Shown here: piece after piece, positions 13,001-25,600 of the stretch | How positions within the stretch are numbered: position 1 is the stretch's first letter | Layout: every line of letters starts with the position of its first letter | Assembly: GCA_965287045.1 (NCBI GenBank) | Contig: OZ336903.1 | Location: 806,001-870,000, forward strand | From: Carcharhinus amblyrhynchos | Taxonomy: Eukaryota | Length of the DNA: 64,000 nucleotides | Direction of reading: 5' to 3' | Made by a program: the position numbers and the translations under genes | The notes under the pieces: generated by a model | What the model was told of the DNA's origin: nothing | Database searches by the model: none | Seen by the model: the letters and a program-made list of their open reading frames with translations, nothing else

Positions 13001-16000
13001 TATATGTTCGGTGGTGTTGACAAGTAAATGAATCTACGCAGTACAACACCTGTTTCATGTTACACAGAATAATAAATGCGGATTTTACATATATTTCAGA
13101 TATTCCTAACACCCACTCAAACGTTCTACGGACTGTACCTAATCCATTCTCTGTGGTATGTTTTGCTTTAACATATAAGAGTGTAATTCGACTAATTAGT
13201 TGTTCCACAAACAATGTTTTGAGCAGACAGTTTATACTTTGTCAAGGTTTTGTTTTGCCATGCATATTTAAACAGGTTTCTGTAGCTCACACTTATGTAT
13301 TGGACAAATCAGAAAATGCTGCAAATATCAACTAGCTTAGCAGCATCTGAGGACAGTGAAATAGACTTAACCTTTCAGACACAGACCTGTCCTGGAAATT
13401 GCTCCTAAAATCTCCAGAAGGCCCTTGTTTACTCAATAAATCTAATTAAAAAAGAATCCGATTACTTACTCATCCAAAAACGTGAATGCAATCAAACCAT
13501 TTCTAAATAATCGTGCACCTTCCAGTTCAGCAGCAGAGACCCACCGCTCGTACAAAGCCGGACTCACTCCCACCCGCTCCCCTCCTACATCACCACCAGC
13601 CCTGACATTTGATCTTCATTGGATTCTCTTCATTCAATAAAACAAAGCTTCAAAATATCATGTTCTTCATCAAATGCATCATTTCTCTCCACCCCTGATC
13701 CCGCTCCAACAGAACAAAGAACAAAATCAGCCTGGGAAAAAGGCCCTTCGGCCCAACGAGCCCGCGCCGCCATCTCAACACCACCAGTCCACCTCTCTAC
13801 CCACGACCCCTATCTAATGTTTTATGGCCATCCAGATTGAGGGAAACTGGTTTAGGAACAATTTACTCCTGCCAATCAGCCTAACAGCACATCTTTGGGG
13901 TGTGGGAGGAAACCGGAGCACCCGGAGAAAACCCACGCAAGCACGGGGAGAATGGGCAAACTCCCACTGACACCGGCCCAAATCCATGTGTCTGCACAGC
14001 AATCAGCGATAGTCACTGAGCTGTCGTCTTGCCCAGTATCTGGTCCAGTTTAGGCACACACTAATGACATGAAGCACTAGGCCAATCTCGAACAACCAAG
14101 AGTCAACCCCACCAGCCCAAGCGTCCATGATAACCAGCGCCTATGAATCCATTTAAGGGATTCGATTTCCTTCACATCTGGCACTATTTGCAGCAAATCT
14201 TTCTACTCTCTTATTTAATGGACATGACGTTCTCGACAGGGTTAAAAGATTGGAATTCCAGCCTTAAACATTTCACCTTTTTTCTTTCGTTATGCTGTTG
14301 AAACCCACTCCTCTGATCAAAACATTAGCACCTATTGCCGATATTAACTTTATTTGTTTTGGCCCCAATTGACTGCCGGAAGTTACCCAGAGATGAGCAA
14401 AATTGTTGAAGGAGTCAAATTTAGTCAAACCAACTGTTTTTTTTTTCCCGTGACGTCCTGTTTTATACCTCGGCGTCAGTGACAAATATCTCACCTATGT
14501 TCTTTCCACGAACAAGTGAAGTACATTCCCAGTTGACCAAGATTATAATTTCCCCTTTTCGTTTCTAGAAAAGTGACCTGTTCATTCACCTGAGCACAGA
14601 ACCCCTACGCCGATGCTGTCACTGCGTTGCGGGTTCAATGTGAATGTGCTGCACTTCCGGAGATGCGACTCGTCTCCTTCACACTGGACATCATTCACCC
14701 ACACCGGCCCTTCACCCTCTCCGTACTTTGAATTGTTATAGGCGGTTACCGCTTCGCCGCAGCCCAGCTGTCTACAGGTCACATTAGCGTCATTCAGATC
14801 CCAGAGGCTGTCCTGCACTCTGCCCCAGCTGTGGTTGTAGTAAATCTCCACTCGCCCATCACACCGACTTCCGCCATTCATCAATCTCAGTGACCAGTTT
14901 TCATCTAGGCGAAGAAAAGCATTTAAAGCAGTGGTTACAGTGCAACAAATTAACCCGTTTTGACGTCAGCTTTCACCAGTACATTTCTGTTTGTTAAAAG
15001 GTAAAGGATGTTCCTGAGAGGAGGTTCAGCACAGTCAGGCAGGAGGATGAACAACCGGAAGTCCTACTCTGTGTCGAAAGTAAATTCATTTTTCAGCAAA
15101 GAGATAACATATGTTTGAATAACTCAAGAATGGGTTAGCATTTGGGAGGACAAATGTGGGAACATCCTCATTAATCCAGTAACACGTGTTAGTGAGTGAT
15201 TTAAATGGGAGATAATGGAAATTATCCAGCTGAGGAGATAGTGCTAGAGGTTGGATATTCATTTCCTGCAATATGGGCAACACTTCTGTGAAAGTTTATC
15301 TGGGCATGCTGGGATACGCTGCAACCCATCAAAGCAGGGACAGAGGGTATTCTGGCTGTGGGAATATTTGTTTGAAATAATAGTTTGATAGACAAAAATC
15401 ACTTTTAAATAAGCTAACTATTAAGAACACCCGTGAGACAATTTTCAGAAAAAAAAAATGTTTCAGAAGCTTCCTGGAGTTTCATATTCTGAGAAATCAA
15501 AGGGTGAAAGTTAATAATGGTAGGAAGGATAGAACATAGAACAGAGAACATTACAGCGCAGTACAGGCCCTTCGGCCCTCGATGTTGCGCCGACCAGTGG
15601 AACCAATCTAATGACCCTCTAACCTAAAGTATTCCAATGTTATCATCCACGCCCTTACTACCCTCTGAATAAAGAACCTACCTCTGACATCCGCCCTATA
15701 ATTACCACCCCTTAATTTAAAGCTATTGTCCCCTTGTGTTAGCCATCACCATCAGAGGTAAAAGGCTCTCATTGTCCACCCTATTCAATCCTTTGATCAA
15801 TTTGTAAGCCTCAATCAGGTCACCTCGTAACCTTCTTCTCTCCAATGAAAATAACCTCAAGTCCCTCAGCCTTTCCTCATAAGGCCTTCTTACCATACCA
15901 GGCAACATCCTGGTAAACCTCCTCTGCACCCTTTCCAATGCCTCCACATCTTTCTTACAATGCGGCGACCAGAACTGTACGCAATACTCCAAGGCGGCCG

Positions 16001-19000
16001 CACCAGAGTTTTGTACAGTTGTAACATGACCTCACGGCTCTGAAATTCAATTCCTCTACCAATAAAAGCTCACACACCGTACGCCTTCTTAACAACCTTA
16101 TCAACCTGGGTGCCAACTTTCAGGGAGCTATGCACATGTACCCCGAGATCTCTCTGCTCGATACTGTTCTACAGATAGTTTTCCAAAGAAAGGCCAGGTT
16201 AGAGGCTTCACTGATAAGCTCGCGCCAATGGAATGAAACAGCAATGTCTATCCAAGTGTGAAGTTGGCCCTTTGACAGGAAATAATAATTTGGTCCGTTA
16301 ATGTGGCTTCCTTAGGGGAATCTGTGAAGACCTGCTGTACCTGAGATATGTTAAAGACATTGACTGTGGTGTTAAGGGCAAGGCTGCAATTTTCAAATGC
16401 CGTGCTGGTGGTATGCACAGGCAAATGGCAGGGTCATCTGATGTAGGGAAATCGGTATAGCCTCATATTGGCGGGAAGGAGGGCAACGAATATCTTCCGT
16501 GAAGTTTTTTTTCACAGCTGCAGGATGTCCCAAAGCCCGGAATAGTCATCAATGGGCTTTGCGAGAATTGCAGTTACTTCGGATATGCATCAAGCAAAAC
16601 AGCGAGTTTGCACATACAGAACACGCGGATACAGCACTGTGATAAGTTTAAGTTTATTTATCAGTGTCATAAATAGGCTTATATCAGGATCGATACAGTG
16701 TTTTATGTGATGCTGAGAAAGGGGTAAAACTGGACTGGACACGGGGGAACTATTCTCTTGAGTTACTTAATGTTATTCAGATGGGTTTTTGTTTTAACCT
16801 CCAAGTTTCATGGCGACTTCAAAATCCCCAGGGTTCTGCGAAAAACAATTGCATCGGAGAAAATGTTCTCATTGGTGAGGGTACAGAGAGCGGGAAAGTC
16901 CTGGGAAGGGAGCGGGTGACGTTGAAGATAATTCACAAAATGCCAATAGTGACTGAATTGAAATCAGCTGCAGTAAATGGTTAGGTTTGAAAATGAATTG
17001 TGTGAGTTTATAGTGGAAGAAGGACAATCAAAACTTTTCCGAGAATTGAAGAATTATGTGAAGGGAAAAATAATACAAATCTGTGAGGATATGCGTGGAT
17101 TGTGACTGGGTGAGGTTCACTTCAATTCTGCACAGGCTCGCGGGTCGAATGGATTTTTTTGCTTACTACACCCAAGTGTTGTTGTTCTCTGAGTGTCTGC
17201 ATTATGAGGACTCACCCGAGCAAATGACACTGGCATCATTTTCATGTGAGCAGTTAAACTCTTCCACTGATGAAACCGGACACTCCCACAACAGGGATTC
17301 ACTTCCGTGACATCTGTAATTCTCCTTCCATATTGTCCCATTTCCCTTTCCAAAGGCTGCACCTCTCGGGATTTTCTCTACCACTCCACACTGAAGATGC
17401 TCACAGACCACACTGGCGTCTTGGAAACCAAAGTAAACATCACAGAGCGTCCCCCAGTGTTCTCCATGCGGCACTTCCACCCGGCCGGAGCACCTGTCCT
17501 TTCCACCAACCAATCGGGGTTCACTGTTTCCTGTTTCAGATCAGAAAAACACAAAGACTCAACTAATTTGTTCAAAAACAATACTTCCACATCTGAGCAG
17601 CCACATATATGTATTTCCCAAAAGTGCCAAATTATTAAGTGAAAACGAATGAATGTGATAAATGGCGCTTCAATGCAAAATCACACTGACATCGTTCCTG
17701 TGGTGCACTCGGCCCGATTTACTGGAAGAAGAGGCAGTGCGTTTCATTTAATAATTAAATCTTTTTCATCAAGTTCAATACATGTCCACTACTATTCTCT
17801 TCAGAAGCCGCGTTTAGTCTTACAGCGATTCATCTGGAACATTATTCACCATCCGCCCATAAACTTAACGGACTGCTGGTTTATCTGGAAAAATCTGGGT
17901 ATGATCGCCCCCTAACGCCTGCTGATGGGAACTACCCCCATGTGCAGCAGGCGAACATGAATCGAAAGAAATTTGGTTTAATTTGCCCAGGAACTTTCCA
18001 ACTGATAGACACCAAAATGATCGTGTTAATGTTGTTTCTCTTTTGGTGCTGAAACGTGTTGAGAATGAACGTTCTCAAACGAATTCAACCAGAAATAAAA
18101 CGATGGATCTCCGAATGTCTAAATGGTGATGAGCAAACACCATTCGAGTTCTCATTGTGGGTTCATGTACACAGGAGGCTAAAACATTAAGGTCAGATCG
18201 AAAACGTAATCAAAACTCCTCAGGAATTTTAGCATTTCTATTTGGGCGGTTAGAATGGGAAGGGGAAGAGTTTCTGCTTCAAGTTTCAGTAACTTTGTTC
18301 AGTCCGTATCTGGAATGCGATAAACAATTCAGGGAAATGCAACCTTGAAAGGATCTCCTGTTCTGGAAAACAGTCCAGCGAATGTCTCCCAGGCTACTGG
18401 TTCCTGAGTCTGGACAACATCTTCCTCTATCAGTTTACACTGTGTGAAATCTGCCTGAAGCTGCAGCAGCTTTAAATATTAAAACAACTAATCTCCCTTC
18501 ATTTTATTCTGGAGAAAGTACCGACTGCCGCACATTTGTTTAACATCCAACCTCCTGAACAAATTGATCCAGCACAATTTATTCAAATACAACGGAACAC
18601 TCCACCAAAAACATTTCTGATTTCTCTCCCTGACAGACTGGAAAGGTAAACTCCGTCCGCAAAAAAAAACAAGAACACAAGGGGAAAATCAGATAAAAAC
18701 AGCTGGAATTCGTCAGGTTCAGGGAGTGAGAAGGAGACAAGTTTCCAAATAGGATCAAACATTTGGAGGGGAGGATTTACATGACAGCTATTAAAACGAC
18801 TCGCCTGGAGAGACAGGGGATATCCAGCCAGTCTCCTCTCATACAAACTCAGAAAATGCTGGAACAATTCAGCAGCTGTGGCAGAATTAGTGGCGAGGGA
18901 AGAATAGAGGGAAGTTTCCAGTCCGCGTGACTCTCCTCCAGACCCTTCCCATCCTCACTCCGCTCTTGGAACACCTTCAATCTGCCCACTGATTGCTGCT

Positions 19001-21249
19001 CTGAAAGTAGCCGAAGTGACTGGATAAGCGCTCTATGGCCTCCGCAATCAATAGTCAGTAAATGTCAAACACATGGACCGAGACACCCGGATTTAATTCA
19101 GAGACAGCAGCCAATTCTGACCGAGTGCCGAATGATCCGGACTCCCCTTAAATGTACCTCTGTACACAGCCAACCCATCAAACCATGCCTGATCTTTTGA
19201 CTCTGCACAGGCAAGACCGGGACAGATTAGTCCGCCCGGGAATCTTTCTCGCTCTCCTCCCAGGTCTGTCCGCCCTCTCCCCCACCGTGGTTGCTGACAG
19301 GTCCGTCTCTGACTCCAGGCGTGTGGTTGTGTCGGATGAGACATTGGGGGAGGGGTGGCGGTGGAGATTTCGAAGGGTTGGGGGATCGGGATGCCTCCGA
19401 CCGTATCTCTGGGGTTCGAACCACATTTACATTTGTGGGTATAATTTCTGCACTTTGAACGAAAAAAAAGGGCATTTACAATCGGATGATTTGAATTTAA
19501 GCTAAAATTGCAGAATAAACCAAACGCTGCGGACAGATGAAGGTAAACCGTTGCTCAGCAGAAGCCTGACTGTTGTCCAGGATTTGCTCTGTGTGGCCCT
19601 GGAATGCTTCATTATTTGTTGAATGGTGAACGGAACTGAACAGTGAGGAACCAGGAGCGAACAACTTCTCTCCTGAACATCGCTAACAGCAAGCCCTCAG
19701 CTCAAGGACACAGCGGGCCTGTGCACGGTTGTGGTAATTGTTAATCACTCTCATTGCTGTTACTTTATTATAAACTAGAATCCTGGAGTTAATGTAACAA
19801 CAACTCTATTTATAGAATATTAAAATTATTCGCCAGTCTCTTTACGACTGTGTACAGTCTCAGAATACTTAATCCACCCTTTCCCGGAGAGCAGGCTGTA
19901 GATGATGGACTTATTTTGTACCTGAGCAAATCACACCGGCATCATAGGAGTGCGGCAAGAGAAAGTACAGAAAATCACCCCATGGCTTTGAGCGACATTC
20001 CCGCAGGGCGGTCTCGGTCCCTTCGCACTCAACACCATACGTCACAATGGGTCCGGATCCTTCCCCAAAGTGAGCCCCGCCTGGTGCAGAGAGCGCGGTC
20101 CCGCAGCCCAGCTCCCCACACACAACATCGGCGTCCCGCTGGTCCCAGTCACTACCAAACACAGTCCCCCACTGTCCCCTGTAGTGAATCTCCACTCTCC
20201 CAGCGCACCGACTCTGCCCATTCGCCAGTCTCAGCTTCACCGCCTCTGTAAAATACAGAAATAAACCAACAGTTATTGGCCAGCTGATGCAACAGGTCAG
20301 AGAGGAATCAAGCCAAATAAGGAGTGTGTCTAAGATCTCAATAAACACGGGGATAACATGAAATAAAGAACAACGAACAAAGACATTGACAGCACAGGAA
20401 CAGGCCCTTCCGCCCTCCTCGCCCGTACCGACCTGACTGCGCGACGTTACTAAAAACCTCTACCGTTCTCGGGACCATATTCCTCTATTCCCACCCTATT
20501 TATTTACTTGTCAAGACGCCCCTTAAACGTCACTCCGGTATCCGCTTCCACTCCCTCCCCCTGAGACATTGCAAGCGGAAGCGGGAATATGGATTGACAG
20601 TGGGAAACAGCCGCAAATCAGTTGGAAGTTGGAAACATCATTCGGCTGCGTCAGGCAGGAGTGTGGATGGGCGCTTACTTGATTCAATCCGTACAACTCA
20701 GGGCTGTTATGGTCCGCGATCCACCACGTTGACAGGGCTAATATAGTGGAATCCCAATCCTAGCATGGACTCGATATCAACCACCAATGTCGAACCAGGT
20801 GGTTCGCCCTGCTGCAACCGGCTGAAGTGGACAGTCAGGTCGTCTGCAAACCTTCCCGGGGCTATGAGATGCGACGAGTTTTCGGCGGAACCCTAATACA
20901 CGGGGGGTCTAAGGGCTTCATATTGCATTTCATTTCAGCGCTGGCTGGGAACTAGATAAGTAAACATTTATTTCCATACGGCAGTGGGAAACCTTTGCCT
21001 CTCACCCTGCTCCTCGGGGATCTAATTTCTAAATTAGGGAGCAGAACTTAAACATTTACGTGAAAACATTGCAAGAACATTTTCCTTCACAACTGACAGG
21101 CAGACATTGAACCGAATCATTGAACACAAAGATACTGAAATTGTCTCCGGGATTTATCATTCAGTTGGATGGATTAGTGCAGTAAAATATCAGATATGAA
21201 CATGGAGGGCGATTACCTGATGGATCAGCCTGGCTGTTCCCTGGTCTGC
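4022..21249 (-). CDS. Multi-exon SRCR group B membrane receptor, WC1/CD163-like (6 SRCR domains, TM, Tyr-motif tail); signal exon not found
   Basis: Phase-1 exons with GT-AG ends join in frame: 21217-21249, 19922-20245, 17216-17530, 14590-14904, 12591-12905, 11775-12092, 11633-11689, 11234-11542, 11067-11093, 10784-10900, 9625-9735, 6277-6387, 5581-5697/5712, 4022-4068. Confidence 0.85.
5090..5520 (+). mobile_element. CR1-type LINE 3' fragment (decayed)
   Basis: agaagaatgagaggtgatctcattgaaaca (RRMRGDLIE) and gaggggctgaacggccta tail. Confidence 0.75.
5581..5712 (-). CDS. SRCR receptor cytoplasmic exon ([14 protein letters not shown]...GDGGTL)
   Basis: Two in-frame acceptors (5712 or 5697), donor gtgag, YDDA motif. 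Confidence 0.75.
6277..6387 (-). CDS. SRCR receptor cytoplasmic exon ([20 protein letters not shown]...SCVP)
   Basis: 111 nt, open in phase 1, ag/gtagg boundaries. Confidence 0.7.
7362..7535 (+). mobile_element. CR1-type LINE 3' tail
   Basis: gatcagccatgatcttattgaatggcggggcaggctcgaagggccagatggcctactcctgctcc followed by ttcttatg-type tail repeats. Confidence 0.8.
9625..9735 (-). CDS. SRCR receptor first cytoplasmic exon ([37 protein letters not shown])
   Basis: NAGNAG acceptor (9735/9732), donor gtttgt, WC1-like YEEID motif. Confidence 0.85.
10784..10900 (-). CDS. SRCR receptor transmembrane exon ([39 protein letters not shown])
   Basis: Hydrophobic ~23-aa segment followed by RRR stop-transfer; ttag/gtaag boundaries. 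Confidence 0.85.
11067..11093 (-). CDS. SRCR receptor 27-nt stalk exon (GPDLSPTPS)
   Basis: ttttcatcag acceptor, gtatt donor, phase 1-1, P/S/T-rich. Confidence 0.6.
11234..11542 (-). CDS. SRCR domain 6 (d'-like)
   Basis: [30 protein letters not shown]...[12 protein letters not shown]; 309-nt exon. Confidence 0.95.
11633..11689 (-). CDS. Inter-domain linker exon ([19 protein letters not shown])
   Basis: 57 nt, acag/gttatt boundaries, phase 1-1. Confidence 0.7.
11775..12092 (-). CDS. SRCR domain 5 (e-like)
   Basis: [30 protein letters not shown]...[14 protein letters not shown]; 318-nt exon. Confidence 0.95.
12591..12905 (-). CDS. SRCR domain 4 (d-like)
   Basis: [32 protein letters not shown]...[12 protein letters not shown]; 315-nt exon. 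Confidence 0.95.
13710..13975 (-). mobile_element. HE1-type SINE (decayed)
   Basis: gtgggaggaaaccggagcacccggagaaaacccacgca core and aggcccttcggccc tail. Confidence 0.75.
14590..14904 (-). CDS. SRCR domain 3 (c-like, six Cys)
   Basis: [30 protein letters not shown]...GVGVLCS; lacks Cys2 and Cys7; 315-nt exon. Confidence 0.95.
15529..16160 (-). mobile_element. CR1/HER1-type LINE, 5'-truncated
   Basis: ORF2 C-terminus [31 protein letters not shown]...RRLRGDLIE and (atagaac)n tail. Confidence 0.95.
17216..17530 (-). CDS. SRCR domain 2 (b-like)
   Basis: [45 protein letters not shown]...[12 protein letters not shown]; 315-nt exon. Confidence 0.95.
19922..20245 (-). CDS. SRCR domain 1 (a-like, six Cys)
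   Basis: [34 protein letters not shown]...[21 protein letters not shown]; 324-nt exon. Confidence 0.95.
20368..20560 (-). mobile_element. CR1-type LINE 3' tail
   Basis: acagcacaggaacaggcccttc tail and tcctctattcccaccctatt...cccttaaacgtc. Confidence 0.65.
21217..21249 (-). CDS. 33-nt exon preceding SRCR domain 1 ([11 protein letters not shown])
   Basis: tttcatttcag acceptor, gtaatc donor, phase 1-1, in frame with the domain-1 exon. Confidence 0.65.
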
Positions 21250-22239
21250 CTGAAATGAAAGTTTGAAAATTAGTCTCTGCTGGAACACGAGATGAATGAA
21301 ATTGTCAAAACCAAACATCACAAAGTCAACACCGAGGATCTGTGTTATTCCTTCAGTATACGATTTCCAAGCATTTGCTGTTAAAAAGTTTTATTCAAAT
21401 TGCAACACCCGTGATATTATGGCCTAAGAATATCACAGCCTCATTCCATTTTTTGAATACATTTTTAAACACATTTTACCGTATTCCCAAACAGGGATAT
21501 TTTGTGTCAGTCAAATCTCCAAATCCACTTTAGCGTCTAGTTTGCATAATAAAATCAACAGGGCAGCGATTCCTGTCTCTGGTTGAATTGCTGAAATTTA
21601 TACCTTGATCCACAGAGTAACAATGATAAAGTTACTCGAATATCTCTGCACCACCGTCCACAATACGGAGAGTGCGTCATTTATTTCCAATGCAGACATA
21701 TCCCAGCTATCCTTATTAACTCATCACAAACAATATCACAGAACTTCAACTTAATTTGTACTCATTGCCAGAATTGTGGGATATCATTTCAATATTTACT
21801 CAAAATGTTGACAATTTCGATGGTCCAGCTGGAATCTCTGACCCTCTTCACCCATTCCGTCTTCCTATCTCTGGCTCCACTTTTCAGTGTTCAGTAATTC
21901 TCCCACTGAATCAGTGACCCATTTCAAAAACACAGAATAAAGAAATGTGCAGCAGAGAAACAGACACTTCGGTCCTTCAAGCCCCTGTCCATCATGATGT
22001 CCATTTAAGGTAAAAAATGTTGTGTTATTTCCGTCCCTATCCTTTTGTTTCCTCTTTATTCTTGTTCCCATCTAGATGCCTCTTAAAATGTTTCTCATGT
22101 TCCTGCTTCCATCACCTCCTCTGGCAGCGCCTTGCAGACATGCACTACTTTCTGAGCTTTTCCCACACATCTTACTTCAAATTTCCCCTCTCACCTTAAA
22201 ACTGTGGCACCTTTTTTTTTACAACAGATTACTAATGAC

Positions 22240-22640
22240 ACTAACAAGCAATGAAATAGAAGGCGCTGGTCAGCAGCCTCATTTGCTAAAAAACAGCCAT
22301 CACCTGAATCATTTGTGTACCGTGTTGATGGTACACAACAACAAATGACCAAAACTCATTCGGCAGTTCATTCCCTACCCGCGATTTCTGCCACCTACAA
22401 AAACAAGGACAGACCTACAGCAATACCCTGAATTGCTCATTCCCTTCTAAGTCGGTCAACATGCTGAGTTCCGACGATATCGGGGTTGCTTCATTCTCGT
22501 GAGCGCCCAATCCCTAATCTCACTATGCCTGCACCAGTGCATCATTTACTGCAGCCACGCAGCAAAAAAAAGTCAGAAATCAATTTCTGAAGACATCTGG
22601 GTATAGTTAATAAATGCTGCCGTTGCCAGGGACACTGACT
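22240..22640 (+). mobile_element. Highly decayed L2/CR1-clade LINE 3' end
   Basis: Resembles the element inside the inverted-repeat arms; ends ...ttaataaatgctgccgttgccagggacac. Confidence 0.45.
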
Positions 22641-25600
22641 TCACAAGAGACAACATAATAATAAGAGTGCAAAGCTCGTGTCTGAATGTGGGGTGTTAAC
22701 TTTTTTTTTGAAAGCGACATAAAGTCATGGAAAGTTTGGTTCTGTAAAATGTGGACCCATTAAAAAAAACGTCATTAGCACAAAACGGAAAGCAACAAAC
22801 ATATCTCCCCGTGACTGAGTATTCGATTTGGCAATGTTTTATCTTCAACTATGAGACCTAACACATAACAAATAAATGTCAGTGTTAGGAGTGGACTAAT
22901 TATATAACATCATGTCTGTCGTTCAAAACAACCGGTAAACACTGAAACCGTTTAGCTCGCAGCAGGAAGGACGGGTTCGGAGTCGCCAGTGGAACCACAA
23001 TTTCCAAATGTATGGCCAAACCAAATTAACACTTGTCGTGATAATAGATATCACGTTCAGAATATAAGCGGACACTTGTTCAATCTTTGCGAGACAGGGA
23101 GTTATTTTTTTCCTCTAGGGTCTGGAGGCCGAAGCTAACGGTGTAAAACATTTTACAAGGAAACGGTGGAGTTCGCCAATCTAGAATGAGTAACGGATTT
23201 TCATAGCACATTATAAACAACAGAAAGCCTAAGAGATATTGAGAGTGTCTGGGAAGAGGCTGACAAGTATCCAGTGATTGATACACAAAACTGATGTTAA
23301 TGTATGGTTTAGAAAGCTTTGTTTTGATTTCTAAAGCTCATTTCTCCAAATAGCAACAGAAATACTCATGTTGCCATTTCGAAAATAAGTCGAATTTTTC
23401 ATTTCTCTATTATTTCTCACTGCTGCGACTGATATTAAATAAATTGCTTAATATGTCAGTTCAAGCAATGTTGGTCCCACTTAGATTTAATATTTAACTT
23501 TTCAGTATTTACAAACGTGTCCATTTCTCCAACTCAAAATCGTTTGTGTAATATATGGCAGCTCACGGTCCCACAGGACGAGCATACAGCTCTTCCACTG
23601 AGAAATATCTATCCCAAATCTGTGTACGGATTCTATTGATCGTAACTACAACTTTTACTGGGATTCTGCAAGCGGTTAATTCACGTAGATTCCATTCGGC
23701 AATCTACGCTATTCTAACAGTGGTGGCGATCTACACCCAGACTGCACTGTTCAGCTAGAATTTCAATTCATGTCTGTTCCGCCGTTGCAACAGACCCAGT
23801 GGAGTATTTAATTCCACCTGCCGCCGTATCTGAGTTTCATTCAGTGGTAAATCTAATATTCTTATTCACTAGCTGCTCTATTTGGAAACTAATGAACTGG
23901 AAATGCAACTTTGCTCAAAGTATATTGTGATAATTTTCGGCAAGTGAAGTCAGCGATTTCAATATTAGCAACAAAAAAAAACAAATTTTAATGAGTTGAG
24001 ATGACTGAGCAGAGGATTTATTGCATCGCAACATAACATTTTTTCTGCTTCCTTAATCAGACATGTTCTTTCCAGCAACTGCAAAGTCCAAACAGTTTTT
24101 TTTTAGATTTTATTTCGCGGACTCTCGGTCCTTTACTGTGTGAAGTGTTTGATAACAGGAATGGGGCGCTTCTCTATCAGTGAACCAGCATTTCCAGTGA
24201 CATTGGGATTAATGAATATAACCAAAGAGGCACGTTGGGAACCGAGCGAAAATGAACCAACTGAACAACTTAAACAACAACCAAGTCAACAACTTAAATC
24301 GGAACAAAACTATTTGGCCTGTGGAAGGAGATGAAAGAACAGGTCTCGACCTGCCACAGAAAACGACATGAGAGACAGAGAACATGAAAACGTGGAATAC
24401 TTTTGAGAAATAAAAATAATTAGAAACTAAAAAAAAAACACTGCATAGAAATAATAATTTAACACATTCTGGTAATATTCTGGTAGGAGATATGAGGCAA
24501 TTGAGCAACAAACGTCACAAAGCAAATCACACATATTTAGCAAATTACATTATCAACAGAACAAGATAAGTATTTTCTTCATATTAGTGAAATTAATTAA
24601 TGACATTATTAATTGCAATTCCTGTTAATGTGTTAAAATGCATTATTCACAGACTTAGCCCAACACGCTGAGGCTGAAGCACCTATTTTAAATGATCTGT
24701 CTGTTTTCTCTCTACACGGAGTTCAGACGGGAAATATACTGAGAAATATCAAGAGAAATATGCGTGGACGGCCCTCGCTAAAATTCCTGCATTTTTAAAA
24801 TCAGTGAGTTGGCTTCCACTCAAACTCCTTTTCAGCAGATTCTAACAGCGACTGCTCTAATTTGTACCAACACAAATCAAGTAATCTGAATAGAGGTTTT
24901 ACAGTAATATGTTGTCCATGCACAAGTGCGGCATTTCCATTCAATTTTGTACCTAAATCTCAGTTTGCCGTAAGTCCCGGCCGAGAAATTAAAACATGCA
25001 TTAATCAGAGGTTCTATGTTCTAAATATATTTGAAAAGAAATAAGTTAAAAAGAAACAGGGAATCTAAATTATTCACCAACTGAAACTTCAGCTACTTAA
25101 ATTCCCAGTTCTGATGCACACTTCATAATGACGAAGAAGCATTTGCAAAGATTAGAGCTTTTCCCCTAAGTGGAGCAGAGAATCCAAAACACAGCTAAAA
25201 ATACACACACAATTTTCCAGATTGAGATTTGACAGTTCATTTTGATTTCCAACTCCAATTTATTTATTCTGCACAAAAATGTCAGGTAGACGGCGATTAA
25301 ATGCAACTTCTGGTGGGCACTTGTGGCCTCAGAACAACATTCGGCCAATGTATTAGGCCCCTCGGTCCAAAGTGACTGTGCCGAGTGGAATAAAATCAAT
25401 TCAGTCTAACCCCACTAGCCTGTTCTTGGCTTCTTTCTGCGTTACAATACTTCAAACGCGTAAGCTAGTATGTTTTCAATGTGCTGAGCACTTCTTCATC
25501 CTCCAGCTTTTCAGTCACTGAACTCGCCTCCTCTCATTGTAGGTTGATGTACATTAATATCCCATTACCTCCAGAAGGCACTTAATATTCAAACAGTCAA

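Noticed and set aside
19178-19426. S/T-rich ORF between SRCR domains 1 and 2, a possible linker exon
   Set aside because: No suitable acceptor/donor pair was found.
21604-21699. Candidate signal-peptide exon of the SRCR gene
   Set aside because: The two ATGs give phase 0 or phase 2 at the donor, but the downstream exons need phase 1. The first exon remains unlocated.
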